Source: Labilithrix sp. (GTDB lineage: Bacteria; Myxococcota_A; Polyangia; Polyangiales; Polyangiaceae). From it: a stretch of 64,000 nt of DNA. This document shows, piece by piece, positions 45,078-54,729 of the stretch; position 1 is the stretch's first letter; each line of letters opens with the position of its first letter. Both the position numbers and the translations under genes were made by a program. The notes beneath the pieces were generated by a model, which was not told the DNA's origin, did not search any database, and was given only the letters and a program-made list of their open reading frames with translations. The stretch spans positions 1,448,108 through 1,512,107 of the forward strand of contig JAHCIY010000002.1 in the NCBI GenBank assembly GCA_026128965.1, given 5' to 3'.

Positions 45078-46346
45078 ATGACGCACGAGACGACCGAGAT
45101 CGACGTGGTCACCGCCAAGGCGCCGCCGCGGCTCTTCCTCGAGGTCCAGGACGGCGGCCGCACGCGGCGCGTCCCGCTCGAAGACCGACCGATGACGGTC
45201 GGCAGCGCGTCCGGCGTCGACATCCGGATCGACGATCCGACCGTGAGCGCGCAGCAGTGCACGATCGCGCTGGAGGACAAGGGCGTGCACGTCGCCGACA
45301 CCGGCTCGAAGAACGGGACGTTCATCGGCGGCGCGCGCGTGCGGGACGGTTGGGGCGCGCCGGGGGCGGTCATCGTCGCGGGGCGCGTCACGATCGTCTG
45401 CGCGGCGGCGAGCGGCGATGAGGAGGCCGACGTCGTCACCGGCGCGCCGCTCCCCGGCATCGCGGGGGCGTCGAGCGCGATGCTGCGCGTGGCGCGCCAG
45501 GTGCGCTGGCTCGCGAACCACGCCGCGCCGGTGCTCGTCACCGGTGAGACCGGGGTCGGGAAGGAGCTCGTCGCGCGCGCGCTCCACCGCGAAGGCGCGC
45601 GGAGCGAGGCGGAGTTCGTCGCGCTCAACGTCGCGGCGCTCCCGCGCGAGCTGGTCGAGAGCGAGCTCTTCGGCCACGAGCGCGGGGCGTTCACCGGCGC
45701 GACCGCGCGGCGCGACGGCGCGTTCGTCGAGGCCGAGGGCGGGACGCTGTTCCTCGACGAGATCGGCGAGCTCCCGAGCGACGCGCAGCCGAAGCTCCTC
45801 CGCGCGCTCGACGGCTACGAGGTCCGCCGCGTCGGCGGCGCCGGTTCGGGGAAACGAACCGACGTGCGCGTCGTCGCGGCGACGCACGTGCCGCTCCTCG
45901 AGCACGTCCGCGCGGGCCGCTTCCGGCGGGACCTCTTCCACCGGCTCGAGGTCTTCGTCGTCGAGATCCCGCCGCTGCGCGCGCGTCCGGGCGACATCCT
46001 CCCGATCGCGAGCACGATCCTCCAGCAGCTCGAGCCTCAGATCGGCGAGCGCGATCTCACGCCCGGCGCGAGCGCGCTCCTCACCGCGCACGAGTGGCCC
46101 GGCAACGTCCGCGAGCTGCGCAACGTGCTGCTCCGCGCGGCGGGGCTCTCGAACGAGTCGCGGTGGATCCACGCGCAGGCGATCACGCGCGCGATGGCGC
46201 CGCGGGCCGGGCCGAAGGTCCTCGGCTTCACGCCCGATCGCGCGCGCGACTGGCTCGCGAGCCACGCCGGCAACGTGAGCGCCGCCGCGCGCGCGGCGAA
46301 GATGCCGCGGACTACGTTCCGTAAGCTCTTGGCGAGGACGGGATGA
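45078..46346 (+). CDS. FHA-domain sigma-54-dependent transcriptional activator (FHA - AAA+ sigma54 interaction - HTH)
   Basis: FHA signature (MTVGSASGVDIRIDDPTVSAQQCTI...GSKNGTFIGG); Walker A GETGVGKE; GAFTGA motif in ERGAFTGA; Walker B LFLDEIGEL; arginine finger region; C-terminal Fis-type HTH. Confidence 0.9.
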   Translation: MTHETTEIDVVTAKAPPRLFLEVQDGGRTRRVPLEDRPMTVGSASGVDIRIDDPTVSAQQCTIALEDKGVHVADTGSKNGTFIGGARVRDGWGAPGAVIVAGRVTIVCAAASGDEEADVVTGAPLPGIAGASSAMLRVARQVRWLANHAAPVLVTGETGVGKELVARALHREGARSEAEFVALNVAALPRELVESELFGHERGAFTGATARRDGAFVEAEGGTLFLDEIGELPSDAQPKLLRALDGYEVRRVGGAGSGKRTDVRVVAATHVPLLEHVRAGRFRRDLFHRLEVFVVEIPPLRARPGDILPIASTILQQLEPQIGERDLTPGASALLTAHEWPGNVRELRNVLLRAAGLSNESRWIHAQAITRAMAPRAGPKVLGFTPDRARDWLASHAGNVSAAARAAKMPRTTFRKLLARTG

Positions 46347-46366
46347 CATGCGAAAGGTCGTAGCGG

Positions 46367-47683
46367 ATGCCCGATACGGACGCGCTGAAGCAGTGGGGGC
46401 TCGGCGCCTTCGCCGTCCTCTTGTTGGTGGGGACCGGGGTGAAGGTCTGCGGCGGGGGCCCTCCGCCGAAGCCGGTGCCGGTCGTCGTCGCGCCCGAGCC
46501 GTCGGCGGCGCCGCCCGTCGTCGCGGCGCCGCTGCCGAAATCGAAGGTCGGCCTCAGCGCGCCGATCGCGGCGGCGTGGATGCCGGGCGGAGACGTCGTC
46601 GTCGCGGGGCTCGACGTGCCGACGAGGACGATCCGTGTACAGCGCATCGACAAGCTCGACGCCGTCGTCGCGAACGAGCCCGCGTTCGACGACGTCGCGT
46701 GGTCGACGGACGCCGACCTCAAGGTCGCCGCGTCGGCGGAGGGCGCCTTCGTGACGTGGCGCGGTCTCCGCGGCGGCAAGCTCGTGCGCGAGCTCGCGTT
46801 CTTCGGCCCCGACCTCGCGAAGCGCGGCGCGCCGATCGACGTCGCGGCCGCGTCGTGCGCGACGCGGGCGGGGATCTGGTTCGCCGACGCCGCGCTCGTC
46901 ACGAGCGTCGGGTGGAGCGGCGACCGCGCGACCTTCGCGCTGCCGAAGGACAAGGAGGCCGCGCTCCTCTGCTCCGCGACGCGCGCGTACGCGGTCCTCG
47001 AGGAGGACGAGCAGACGAGCATCCTCCCGCTCCACGACGACGCGGGCGCGCCGGTGGTGATGACGCGTGAGAGCGACTTCGGCGAGGACGATCAGCGCGA
47101 GCTCGCCGAGTACACCGTCGGCGACGAGGTCGGCGTCGTGCGCCTCGCGCTCTCCGGCGCGGTCGCGCTCCGCGAGACGAAGGCGGGCGTGCCCGACGCG
47201 CTGCACAAGCTGGCGACCACGATCGGCCGCGACGACGACGTGGTCGCGGTGGACGCGACGTCGAAGATGGTCGTGATCGTCTACACCCAGGACGCGGCCG
47301 GCTGCAAAGCGGACGAGACGGGCTCGCGCGTCATGGCGCTCCGCGTCGATCGCCGCTCGTTCGAGGAGTCGGTGGTGGAGCTCGCGCCCGCGCGCTGCGG
47401 GGGCGAAAACGGCCCGTTCTTCACCGGCGTCCTCGAGGACCAGCTCTCGGTCGCGTGGGTCGAGCGCACCGCCGGCGTCGGCAAGGCCCGCGCTCCGATC
47501 GCGGGCCTCACGCACACGCACGTCGATCTCCTCGGCGCGCCGATCGCGACCCACCTCGATCAGCCCGCCGACGCGATCGTCGACGCCGGCTGCGACGGCG
47601 CGAAGTGCTTCGCCGTCGCGCTCGTCCGCCACGACGCCGAGGACGCGAAGACGCCCGGCTACGCGCGCGTCATTCGCTGGTGA
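46367..47683 (+). CDS. Hypothetical secreted/membrane-anchored protein
   Basis: N-terminal hydrophobic segment (LGAFAVLLLVGTG) and Pro-rich linker. Protein-like composition for 438 aa. 21 nt downstream of the sigma54 activator on the same strand. Confidence 0.55.
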   Translation: MPDTDALKQWGLGAFAVLLLVGTGVKVCGGGPPPKPVPVVVAPEPSAAPPVVAAPLPKSKVGLSAPIAAAWMPGGDVVVAGLDVPTRTIRVQRIDKLDAVVANEPAFDDVAWSTDADLKVAASAEGAFVTWRGLRGGKLVRELAFFGPDLAKRGAPIDVAAASCATRAGIWFADAALVTSVGWSGDRATFALPKDKEAALLCSATRAYAVLEEDEQTSILPLHDDAGAPVVMTRESDFGEDDQRELAEYTVGDEVGVVRLALSGAVALRETKAGVPDALHKLATTIGRDDDVVAVDATSKMVVIVYTQDAAGCKADETGSRVMALRVDRRSFEESVVELAPARCGGENGPFFTGVLEDQLSVAWVERTAGVGKARAPIAGLTHTHVDLLGAPIATHLDQPADAIVDAGCDGAKCFAVALVRHDAEDAKTPGYARVIRW

Positions 47684-47685
47684 GC

Positions 47686-48040
47686 TCACTCCGCCGAGGA
47701 GCCGCCGCCTTCGTCGAGGCCGCCGGCGCCGACGCGGAGCGTGACGAGCTCGGCGAGGATCGCGGCCACGTCGACGGGCGCGCCGGGTTCGTCGTAGCGG
47801 AGCTCGTTCGTCTCCTCGCGGCCGGCGCGGAAGACGACGACGTCCATCGCGTCGCTCCGGAGCGCCTTCGCCTCGATGAAGTCGCTCATCGTGCGGGTCC
47901 GCTTCCCGTTCACCGAGAGGAGGACGTCGCCGTAGCGGATCCCGGCGCGCGCGGCGGGCGTGCCTCCGAGCGCGCCCAGTACCGGGATCCCCTCGAGCGC
48001 CTTGGCGAGGGCGAAGAGCGACGACTTCGCGATCAGACGT
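47686..48040 (-). CDS. PDZ-domain protein (start codon unresolved)
   Basis: GIPVLGALGGTPAARAGIRYGDVLLSVNGKRTRTMSDFIEA is a PDZ carboxylate-binding loop plus core. The upstream part of the track ORF is Arg-rich junk that overlaps the REC-DUF4388 gene. No canonical start is visible right after that gene's stop. Confidence 0.4.
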
Positions 48041-49146
48041 GGAGCTCCTTCTCGACGTCGGCGAGCGCGATGCGCGCCATCGCGAGGTTCGCGCGCTGGC
48101 GATCGAGCGCGACGTAGAAGAAGAGCGTCGGGCGGGAGCGGAGAGGGCGGATGAGGTGGTACTGCTTGCCGAGGGTGATGAGGATGTCCTCGATTCCGTC
48201 CTTCAGCGCGAGGTTGCTCATCGTCTTTCGCTTCGCGCGGACGACCTCGGTGTTGCCGGCGGCCGCTATTTCGAGGTTCAGGTTCCCTCCGCCTTCGTGC
48301 CCGAGGAGCATGCCGCTCTCGGAGTCGACGATCGCCGCTCCCACGAATCCGTCGACCTGATTGAGCTTGTGGAGGCTTTCTTTGATGTTCATGGACAGAT
48401 CCCTCGCTGCTGCTGATGCGTTGTTGAAGTTGGGTGTCGCGGAATCGAAATGGGTATTGCCCGCGTTCAGCCGCTCGTCGGCCCGGCGCGCGCTCTCCAG
48501 CAGGAGCGCCTGCCACGCCGAGCGCACGGACCGACCGCTCGTCGTCGCGCCGGTCCGCATCGAGAACTCCCCCGCGCTCCAGGTCATGATCTCGTAGAAG
48601 GCCTCGTCACCGACGGCGTGCGGCGTCTGCGCGTGGAGGACGACCCCTTGCGAGAAGAACACGTGCCCCTCCAGCGTCTTGTGGCGGACCGTCAGCTGAC
48701 CGGTGGCGCTCGAGTGGACGTAGAGCTGCACGATGTCCGGGAGCGTCTGCACGAGGACCGCTCCGGAGAAGCCCGACGACGGCGGAGAGAGAGCCTCGTC
48801 GATCTGCTGAAGGAGCAGATCGAGCTTGAACGGCTTCTCCAGGAAGCCGGTGAACGGACCGGAGCGGAGGCTCGTGATGTCGACCGACTTGAAGGCGGTC
48901 ATGACGATGACGGGGAGCTCGGGATGGACGCTGCGCGCAGCGAAGACGAGATCGATGCCGCTCAAGCCCGGCATGTGGACGTCGGTGATGAGGAGATCGA
49001 CCGCTCCTTCGAGGAGCGTGAGCGCCGCCGCGCCGTCGTTCGCCGACTCGATTCGGTGGCGGGGGTACGCGCGCGCGAGGCGGCTCGAGAGCGATCGAGT
49101 GAGCGCCTCCTCGTCGTCGACGAGCACGATCCGACGCGCGGTCATC
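48033..49146 (-). CDS. Response regulator with DUF4388 (PATAN) and C-terminal roadblock/LC7-like domains
   Basis: Start at the internal ATG (MTARRIVLVDDEE...LLITDVHMPGLSG...VIVMTAF...EKP = REC). Then LVQTLPDIVQLYVHSSATGQLTV (DUF4388 signature). The C-terminus resembles MglB/roadblock (VGAAIVDSESGMLLGHEG...LFFYVALD). Confidence 0.7.
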
Positions 49147-49439
49147 GGCGCGCCCTGCTGCAGCGCACATGCCGCCGGCGCAAGCCCGCGTCTTCGCGAA
49201 ATCCGGGCTCCGAACGGGGCGCGACCCGTCCGGCGCTCCGGACGCCACCGTCCGGAGGGCCGGACACCGGCGAGCGAACGCGCGCGCAAAACGAGGAGCT
49301 CTCCGCGGCATGCCGCTTGCGACTTCGGATCGGCTGGCGCGAAGCGACCAAGCGCCGATCACCGAAGGAGAGCCGACATGCCCCATGAGCCCCATCACGT
49401 GTTCGAGCCGCGCGCGGACGACCCTCTCGGCGGGACGTC

Positions 49440-49805
49440 GTGAGCGCCGCCGGTCTCGGCGTGACGATGCGCGAAGAGCTCGCCAGCCGCACCGACGCGG
49501 TCGCGCTCGCTTGCCTGGATACGCGCGCGGGGTTGGTCCTCGGCCTCGAGCTGCGCGTCGACGTCCTCCACGACGACGCGGAGAAGGCGGCGCTCTCCGC
49601 GGTCTGCACGACGTCCCCGACGAAGGAGGAGCTCGCCGACTTCGACGAATCGCTCGTCGCGTCGGGACGTTGGGTCCACGCCTACGCGCGTGTCCCCGAC
49701 CGTCACGACCTCGTCGTCGTCGGCGTCGCTCCCGGCGACGCGAACGTCGCCCTCCTTCGCACCTGGATCCGCACGATCGCGGAGCGAGTGGGCTCGCGAC
49801 GCTAG
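49440..49805 (+). CDS. Hypothetical protein (possibly roadblock/LC7-like)
   Basis: 121-aa ORF of moderate protein-likeness. Weak resemblance to roadblock folds. Followed by (gacgcta)x3. Confidence 0.35.
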   Translation: MSAAGLGVTMREELASRTDAVALACLDTRAGLVLGLELRVDVLHDDAEKAALSAVCTTSPTKEELADFDESLVASGRWVHAYARVPDRHDLVVVGVAPGDANVALLRTWIRTIAERVGSRR

Positions 49806-49815
49806 ACGCTAGACG

Positions 49816-50901
49816 CTAGAGCGAGCCGCCGATCGTGAGGCCGCCGCTCTGCCAGCCGGCCCAGGGGGTGATCGTGGGCAGGCGCGAGGTCTTGGAGTCA
49901 TCCGAGGCGCGCTTGGGGCCGAACAGGTAGTAGGCGCCGGCGCCGACGAAGCCGATGCCCATCACGACGAGGGAGATGTTCGCGACGAGCGCGTCGGCGT
50001 CGACGTCGTCGTTGCTGGAGCGGAGCTTCGCGCACGCGGCGCCGAACTCGGGCGGGAGCCGCGGGTTGTTGCACGCGCCTTGCGCGGGCTCTCCGTACTC
50101 CACCGCCTTCGTGCGGATCTCTTGCGCGGTCCGGTCGGCGTTCGACTGCGCCGTGCCCTTGAGCGCCGCGAAGACGACCGCGTTCACGAGGCCCGCCGCT
50201 CCCACGCCGAGGCCGACCCAGACCGGCCACATCGGATCGGGCGGCGTCGTCAGGCTGGCCTCCGCCTTCTTCGGCGCGGGCGGCGGCTCCGGCGGCGGCG
50301 TGGTCTCCGGCTTCGCGGGCGTGTCCGGCGCCGGCGTCGACGGGGGCGTGAGGTCCGCCTTCGCCTTCTGCCCGACGACCGCGGTCACCGTCACCGTCTG
50401 CGCGCCGCCCTTCACCGTGTGGGTGCCGGCCTCGACGTCGACCGGCTCCACCGGCGCGGCGCCGACCTTCTGATCGTCGACCGTGATCTCCGTGCCCGCC
50501 GGCGCGACGACCTCGATGCGCCCGAGCTGCTTGCGCACCTCCTCGAGGCCCTGCGCCGCGTCCTTCTTCTGCTGCGCGGTCGCGGTCGTCGCCTCCTTCA
50601 AGAACTGCTTGAAGTAGCCCGCCGCCTCGAGCGGGTGGTTCGACTTCGCGCTGCTCTGCGCGAGGTTGAGGAGCACCGCCGGGTGCTTCTTCAACGTGTA
50701 GGCCTGGAGGAACGCGAGCCTCGCCTCCTCGTATTTTCCCTTGTCGAACGCCTCGACGCCCTCCTTGAAGCGCGCGCGCGCCTGGAGCGTGACCGGATCG
50801 TCCGCCTGCTGCGACCACGCGGGCACGGTGACGGTCTGCGCGAGCAGGCTGATGAGCGCCGCGGCGGTGATGCGGCGAGCTGAGTTCGATCGCGTCAGCA
50901 T
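49816..50901 (-). CDS. Secreted TPR-like repeat protein with a TM segment and Pro-rich linker
   Basis: Signal peptide; TPR-like helices (FKEGVEAFDKGKYEEARLAFLQAYTL..., AAGYFKQFLKE); PETTPPPEPPPAPKK linker; hydrophobic VWVGLGVGAAGLVNAVVFAAL. Confidence 0.65.
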   Translation of the reverse strand: MLTRSNSARRITAAALISLLAQTVTVPAWSQQADDPVTLQARARFKEGVEAFDKGKYEEARLAFLQAYTLKKHPAVLLNLAQSSAKSNHPLEAAGYFKQFLKEATTATAQQKKDAAQGLEEVRKQLGRIEVVAPAGTEITVDDQKVGAAPVEPVDVEAGTHTVKGGAQTVTVTAVVGQKAKADLTPPSTPAPDTPAKPETTPPPEPPPAPKKAEASLTTPPDPMWPVWVGLGVGAAGLVNAVVFAALKGTAQSNADRTAQEIRTKAVEYGEPAQGACNNPRLPPEFGAACAKLRSSNDDVDADALVANISLVVMGIGFVGAGAYYLFGPKRASDDSKTSRLPTITPWAGWQSGGLTIGGSL

Positions 50902-50921
50902 GGAGCGACGCGAGGATACGC

Positions 50922-52100
50922 TCAGAACGGGCTGTCGCGCACGATCCCTCCACCGGAGGGCTTGTTCCCCGCCGGCTTGGCGGCAGGGGCCGGCGCCGGT
51001 CGCGGCTTCGCGACGGGAGCAGGAGGCGGCGCGGTCGCGGCCTTCGGCTTGACCTGCGCCGCGACGGGCTCGGGCGCGGGTGCGGCGGGAGCGGGCTCCG
51101 GCGAAGGCGCGGGCGCAGGTTCGGGCTCCGGCTCGGCGCTCTTCGCCGTCTCCGCGGACGCCGCGGCAGCAGCGGCCGCGAGCTCTTCCTTGTCCGGCGG
51201 CGGCGGGATGTCCTCCGCCGTCGGCGGCGGCGCGGCCACCGTCGGCGTCGCGGTCGATACGGGCTCGGGCTTGTCGGCGAGCAATCCGAATTTCACGAAC
51301 GCGCCGGCGCCGGCGAGGAGGCCGAGCCCGACCACCACGAACGCGGCCACCTTTCCGCCCGAGCGCTTCGGAAAGACGATGTCGTCGTCGTCGGGCGCCT
51401 CGATCGGCGGCGCGCTCGGCCCGAACGGATCTACGGCCGCGATCGGGATCGGGATGTCCTTCTTCACCGGCGCCGCCTCGACGATCGGGGGTACCGGCGA
51501 AGGCGGTGAAGCCGGCGAAGGCGGTGAATCCACGGGCGGCGCCGCCGCGACGGGAGGCGGGATCGGCGCGGGGGCCTCCGCGTCGGCGGCGCGAAGCTTC
51601 GCCTGCGCGGCCGCGACCATCGCCGCGACGTCAGGCGCGACCGCTCCACCGATCGCCGTCGACTTCATCGCCGCGACGGAGGGGGTCGCGACGGGAGGGG
51701 AGGCGACCGGCGCGGTGACCGCGGCGGCCGAAGCGACGGCCGGAGCGGTGACCACGGCGATCCCGCCGGCCGGAGTCGCGGCGGTCGGCGTCGAGCCAGG
51801 CGCCGGCGGCGCGACCCCCGGCGAGGTGCTCCCGCTCGCCTTCGCGGCGGCGTTCGCGATATTCGCGATGACCGGCGCGGCGACGTTCGCGACGCCCGGC
51901 GCGGCGACCGCGGGCGCGGCGACCGCGGCGGTGTCGGGGCCGATGGCGATCACGGGGGCGCCGACGATGACCGCGGGGGCGGGCACGATCGGGGGCGCTT
52001 CGAGCTCCGCCGCGGCGTTCTCTCCCGACTCCGCCCATGAGGGGCGGAACGACTCGGCGGCCTCGTCGATCGCGTCGAAGTCAGGGGTTTTCTCGCCCAT
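50922..52100 (-). CDS. Pro/Ala-rich low-complexity membrane protein (hypothetical)
   Basis: Single TM (VAAFVVVGLGLLAGAGAF) flanked by long PAPAP/AAPV tracts. Strand choice is favoured because it sits co-directionally between ybjN-like and TPR genes. The antisense +ORF 50962..52215 shares the same wobble positions, so GC3 cannot discriminate. Confidence 0.45.
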   Translation of the reverse strand: MGEKTPDFDAIDEAAESFRPSWAESGENAAAELEAPPIVPAPAVIVGAPVIAIGPDTAAVAAPAVAAPGVANVAAPVIANIANAAAKASGSTSPGVAPPAPGSTPTAATPAGGIAVVTAPAVASAAAVTAPVASPPVATPSVAAMKSTAIGGAVAPDVAAMVAAAQAKLRAADAEAPAPIPPPVAAAPPVDSPPSPASPPSPVPPIVEAAPVKKDIPIPIAAVDPFGPSAPPIEAPDDDDIVFPKRSGGKVAAFVVVGLGLLAGAGAFVKFGLLADKPEPVSTATPTVAAPPPTAEDIPPPPDKEELAAAAAAASAETAKSAEPEPEPAPAPSPEPAPAAPAPEPVAAQVKPKAATAPPPAPVAKPRPAPAPAAKPAGNKPSGGGIVRDSPF

Positions 52101-52127
52101 GAGCCCTCAGCGTAGCACTCGCGCGCT

Positions 52128-52592
52128 TCACGCCGGAAATTCGCGCTTCAGGACGTCGTCCCACTCGTCGGCGACGCGGCCCACCGTCACGATCAGGTCC
52201 TCGAACTCCTCGTAATCGAGGCCGGAGAGCCGCCGGACCGCCCGCACGTAAATCTCATCCTTGCTCTCGTCGATCGCGAACGACGCGTCCGACGTCGCGA
52301 GGAACGAGAGCTCGAGGACGCGGCGGTACAGCGCTTCGCGTCCGTGCTTGGGCACCGGCATCACGTACGAGACCAAGAAGAGGACGCCGTGGTCCTCGAG
52401 GACGTTCACGCCGATCGTCGCCGACCCGCGCCGCGTCTGCGTGTAGCCGTTCTCGTCGAGCGGCTTCAGCTCGACGCGATCGCGCTCCGCGTAGCGCTCG
52501 AGGTACGCGTCGACCATCGACTTCGCGTCGGGGAAGCGGCGGCCCGTCAACCGGTCGGAGTAGATAGGTGCGTCCTCGCTTCGGGTTTCCAC
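52128..52592 (-). CDS. YbjN-domain protein (putative sensory-transduction regulator/T3SS-chaperone-like fold)
   Basis: 154 aa. Pattern E..RVELKPLDENGYTQTRRGSATIGVNVLED..VLFLVSYVMPVP typical of the YbjN family as I recall it. Confidence 0.65.
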   Translation of the reverse strand: METRSEDAPIYSDRLTGRRFPDAKSMVDAYLERYAERDRVELKPLDENGYTQTRRGSATIGVNVLEDHGVLFLVSYVMPVPKHGREALYRRVLELSFLATSDASFAIDESKDEIYVRAVRRLSGLDYEEFEDLIVTVGRVADEWDDVLKREFPA

Positions 52593-52621
52593 GGCGGCGA
52601 TGATAGCCTCGCTCGCGCGCG

Positions 52622-54277
52622 ATGGGGATCACTCGTGCCGCCCTTGCCCTCGCCGCCCTCGCCGTCCTCGCCGCGTGCAGCGGCGGAGGGTCCGGCGGCG
52701 CCGACGCCGGGGCGGGGGGGGAGGTCGGTCGCGCGACCACGCTCCTCGACCCGCGCACCCCGCTGCCCCCGCGCCCGGAGGTCATCGCGCTCGCGCAGTC
52801 GGTCGAGGCCCTCGCGCTCAAGGAGGGCGCCGGCGCGCGCGCGGTCGAGCTGCACGCCCTCGCCGCCCAGCTCGAGGAGCGCGTCTGGCGCGTCGAGCAC
52901 CGGGAGCAGGACGGGAAGGAGGCGCTCGATCTCTACCGCGCCGCGAGCAAGGACCTCTCCCTCCGCGGCGCGTGCGAGGCCGGCGCGCGCGGCGCGAAGC
53001 TCGCCGGCGAGATCGCGAAGACGGCGGAGACCACCTACGCCGAGCTCTATCGCATCCAGCGGCGCGGCACGGTCCTCGGCCCCGACGACAACGACGCCGG
53101 CGCCGGCGCGAGCGCGTGCGGCCACACCATCGACGAGCCGCTCGCGATGCTCGCGCCGTTCCGCCCCCCCGCCGCCGTGCTCGAGGCGATCGACCGCGGC
53201 CTCGCCGGCGAAGGCGCGATCGCGCTCGCCGTCCTCGACGCCGGACCCGCGCGCGTCCTCGTCGCCCCGCGCATCCAGAAGATCGAGCAGTGGAGCGGCC
53301 CCGAGGCCGCGCGCGTCGTCGTCCACCTCGACAAGTCCTCGCGCTTCCGCGTCGGCGACGTCGGCAGCGCCTCCGGCCAGGGCGCGCGGACGTACGTCGA
53401 CCTCGACGGCGTCGAGCTCGGCACGACCGCGAAGGAGACGCCGATCGGCGGCATCGTGAGCCGCATCGTCGCCGAGCCGACCACGACCGGGTCGCGCGTC
53501 GCGCTCGATCTCGCGGGCCCCGCCTACCGGCGCGTGTTCCATTTGCTCGAGCCGTTCCGCGTCGTCATCGACATCGCGAAGAACCCGCCCGGCGACGCGA
53601 AGGGCGGCCGCGCGGTGGCGCGGGTCGCGATCGACGCCGGGCACGGCGGCAACGACCCCGGCGCGCGCGGGCCGACCGGCGTGCAGGAGAAGGACGTCAC
53701 GCTCGCGGTCGCGCACAAGCTCGCGCCGGTGCTCGCGCGGAACGGCATCCAGGTCACGCTCACGCGCGACGACGATCGCTACGTCACGCTCGAGGAGCGG
53801 ACCGCGCGCGCGAACGCGTTCGGGGCGGATCTGTTCATCTCGATCCACTGCAACGCGGCGGAGCGGAGCGCGAAGCGCGGGGTCGAGACCTACGTCCTCG
53901 ACACGACGACGAGCGACATGGCCGGCCGCGTCGCCGCGCGCGAGAACGCGACGAGCCAGGCCGCGAGCAACGAGGTCGCGCAGCTCCTCGCCTCGATGCG
54001 CCTCGCCGATCAGGCGACGCGCTCGACCCGGCTCGCCGAGCTCCTCCAGCGCGCGGCGGTCGTGTCGCTCTCGTCGCAGTACCCCGACGTCACCGACGGC
54101 GGCCTCCATCGCGCCGCGTTCTACGTCCTCGTCGGCGCGCGGATGCCGGCGGTCCTCTTCGAGACGAGCTACATCTCGAACCCGATCGAGGAGAGCCGCC
54201 TCGCGTCGGCGGGGTACCAGCAGCGCCTCGCCGACGGCATCGCGAACGCGGTGAAGGCCTACCGCGAAGGACGTTGA
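52622..54277 (+). CDS. N-acetylmuramoyl-L-alanine amidase (Amidase_3, AmiC-like) lipoprotein with ~300-aa N-terminal domain
   Basis: Lipobox LAAC. C-terminal catalytic domain VAIDAGHGGNDPGARGPTGVQEKDVTLAVA....GADLFISIHCNA....ETYVLD with the zinc ligands of Amidase_3. Confidence 0.9.
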   Translation: MGITRAALALAALAVLAACSGGGSGGADAGAGGEVGRATTLLDPRTPLPPRPEVIALAQSVEALALKEGAGARAVELHALAAQLEERVWRVEHREQDGKEALDLYRAASKDLSLRGACEAGARGAKLAGEIAKTAETTYAELYRIQRRGTVLGPDDNDAGAGASACGHTIDEPLAMLAPFRPPAAVLEAIDRGLAGEGAIALAVLDAGPARVLVAPRIQKIEQWSGPEAARVVVHLDKSSRFRVGDVGSASGQGARTYVDLDGVELGTTAKETPIGGIVSRIVAEPTTTGSRVALDLAGPAYRRVFHLLEPFRVVIDIAKNPPGDAKGGRAVARVAIDAGHGGNDPGARGPTGVQEKDVTLAVAHKLAPVLARNGIQVTLTRDDDRYVTLEERTARANAFGADLFISIHCNAAERSAKRGVETYVLDTTTSDMAGRVAARENATSQAASNEVAQLLASMRLADQATRSTRLAELLQRAAVVSLSSQYPDVTDGGLHRAAFYVLVGARMPAVLFETSYISNPIEESRLASAGYQQRLADGIANAVKAYREGR

Positions 54278-54281
54278 GCGC

Positions 54282-54719
54282 TCACGCGAGGAGCGCGCGC
54301 CACCACGTCCTCCGCTGGGCGCGGACGCCGAAGTAGACGCCCGCCGCGGCGAGCGGAACGACGAAAGGGAGGATCGTCTTCAGCCGATCCTCGAGCACGT
54401 CGACGCGATCGGCCGCGAGGAGCACGAGCCAGTGGGAGGTGAAGTGCTCCGGGATCCGGTACGCCGCCCTCCGCATCAGCCCCGAGAGGCCGCGCGGCGG
54501 GACGGTGGTGCCGAAGACGGGCGTGAGCTCCTCGAGCCCCGCGCGCTTCTGGATCCAGCCCGGGTCCGGCATGCGCTGCGGCGTGAGCCAGTGCGCGTTG
54601 CCGGCGGGCTCCGGCGTCTCCTTCTCCATCGGCACGCCGGGGCGCGCCTCCTGCGAGCCGTCGACGCCGGCGCCGGGGATGGGTGCGATCTGCATCTGTT
54701 TCTCGACCTGGGAATTCAT
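54282..54719 (-). CDS. Hypothetical membrane-associated protein
   Basis: 145-aa ORF with a C-terminal hydrophobic segment (ILPFVVPLAAAGVYFGV). No family recognised. Confidence 0.4.
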   Translation of the reverse strand: MNSQVEKQMQIAPIPGAGVDGSQEARPGVPMEKETPEPAGNAHWLTPQRMPDPGWIQKRAGLEELTPVFGTTVPPRGLSGLMRRAAYRIPEHFTSHWLVLLAADRVDVLEDRLKTILPFVVPLAAAGVYFGVRAQRRTWWRALLA

Positions 54720-54729
54720 CGTCGTCTCC

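Noticed and set aside
43370-45694. 774-aa minus-strand ORF 43370..45694 and 571-aa plus ORF 43366..45081 overlapping the metallophosphoesterase
   Set aside because: Arg/Pro/Ala-rich shadow frames. The phosphoesterase frame carries all GDxxY/GNHD motifs
49800-49825. (gacgcta)x3 heptanucleotide repeat with stop codons in several frames on both strands
   Set aside because: Too short to interpret. It probably just marks the convergent gene ends (possible bidirectional stop or terminator context)
50962-52215. Plus-strand 417-aa Gly/Ala/Ser-rich ORF as the real gene instead of the minus-strand Pro/Ala-rich ORF
   Set aside because: Both frames share wobble positions, so GC3 cannot decide. The minus frame fits the operon direction between flanking minus-strand genes, has a plausible TM helix, and does not overlap the ybjN-like gene
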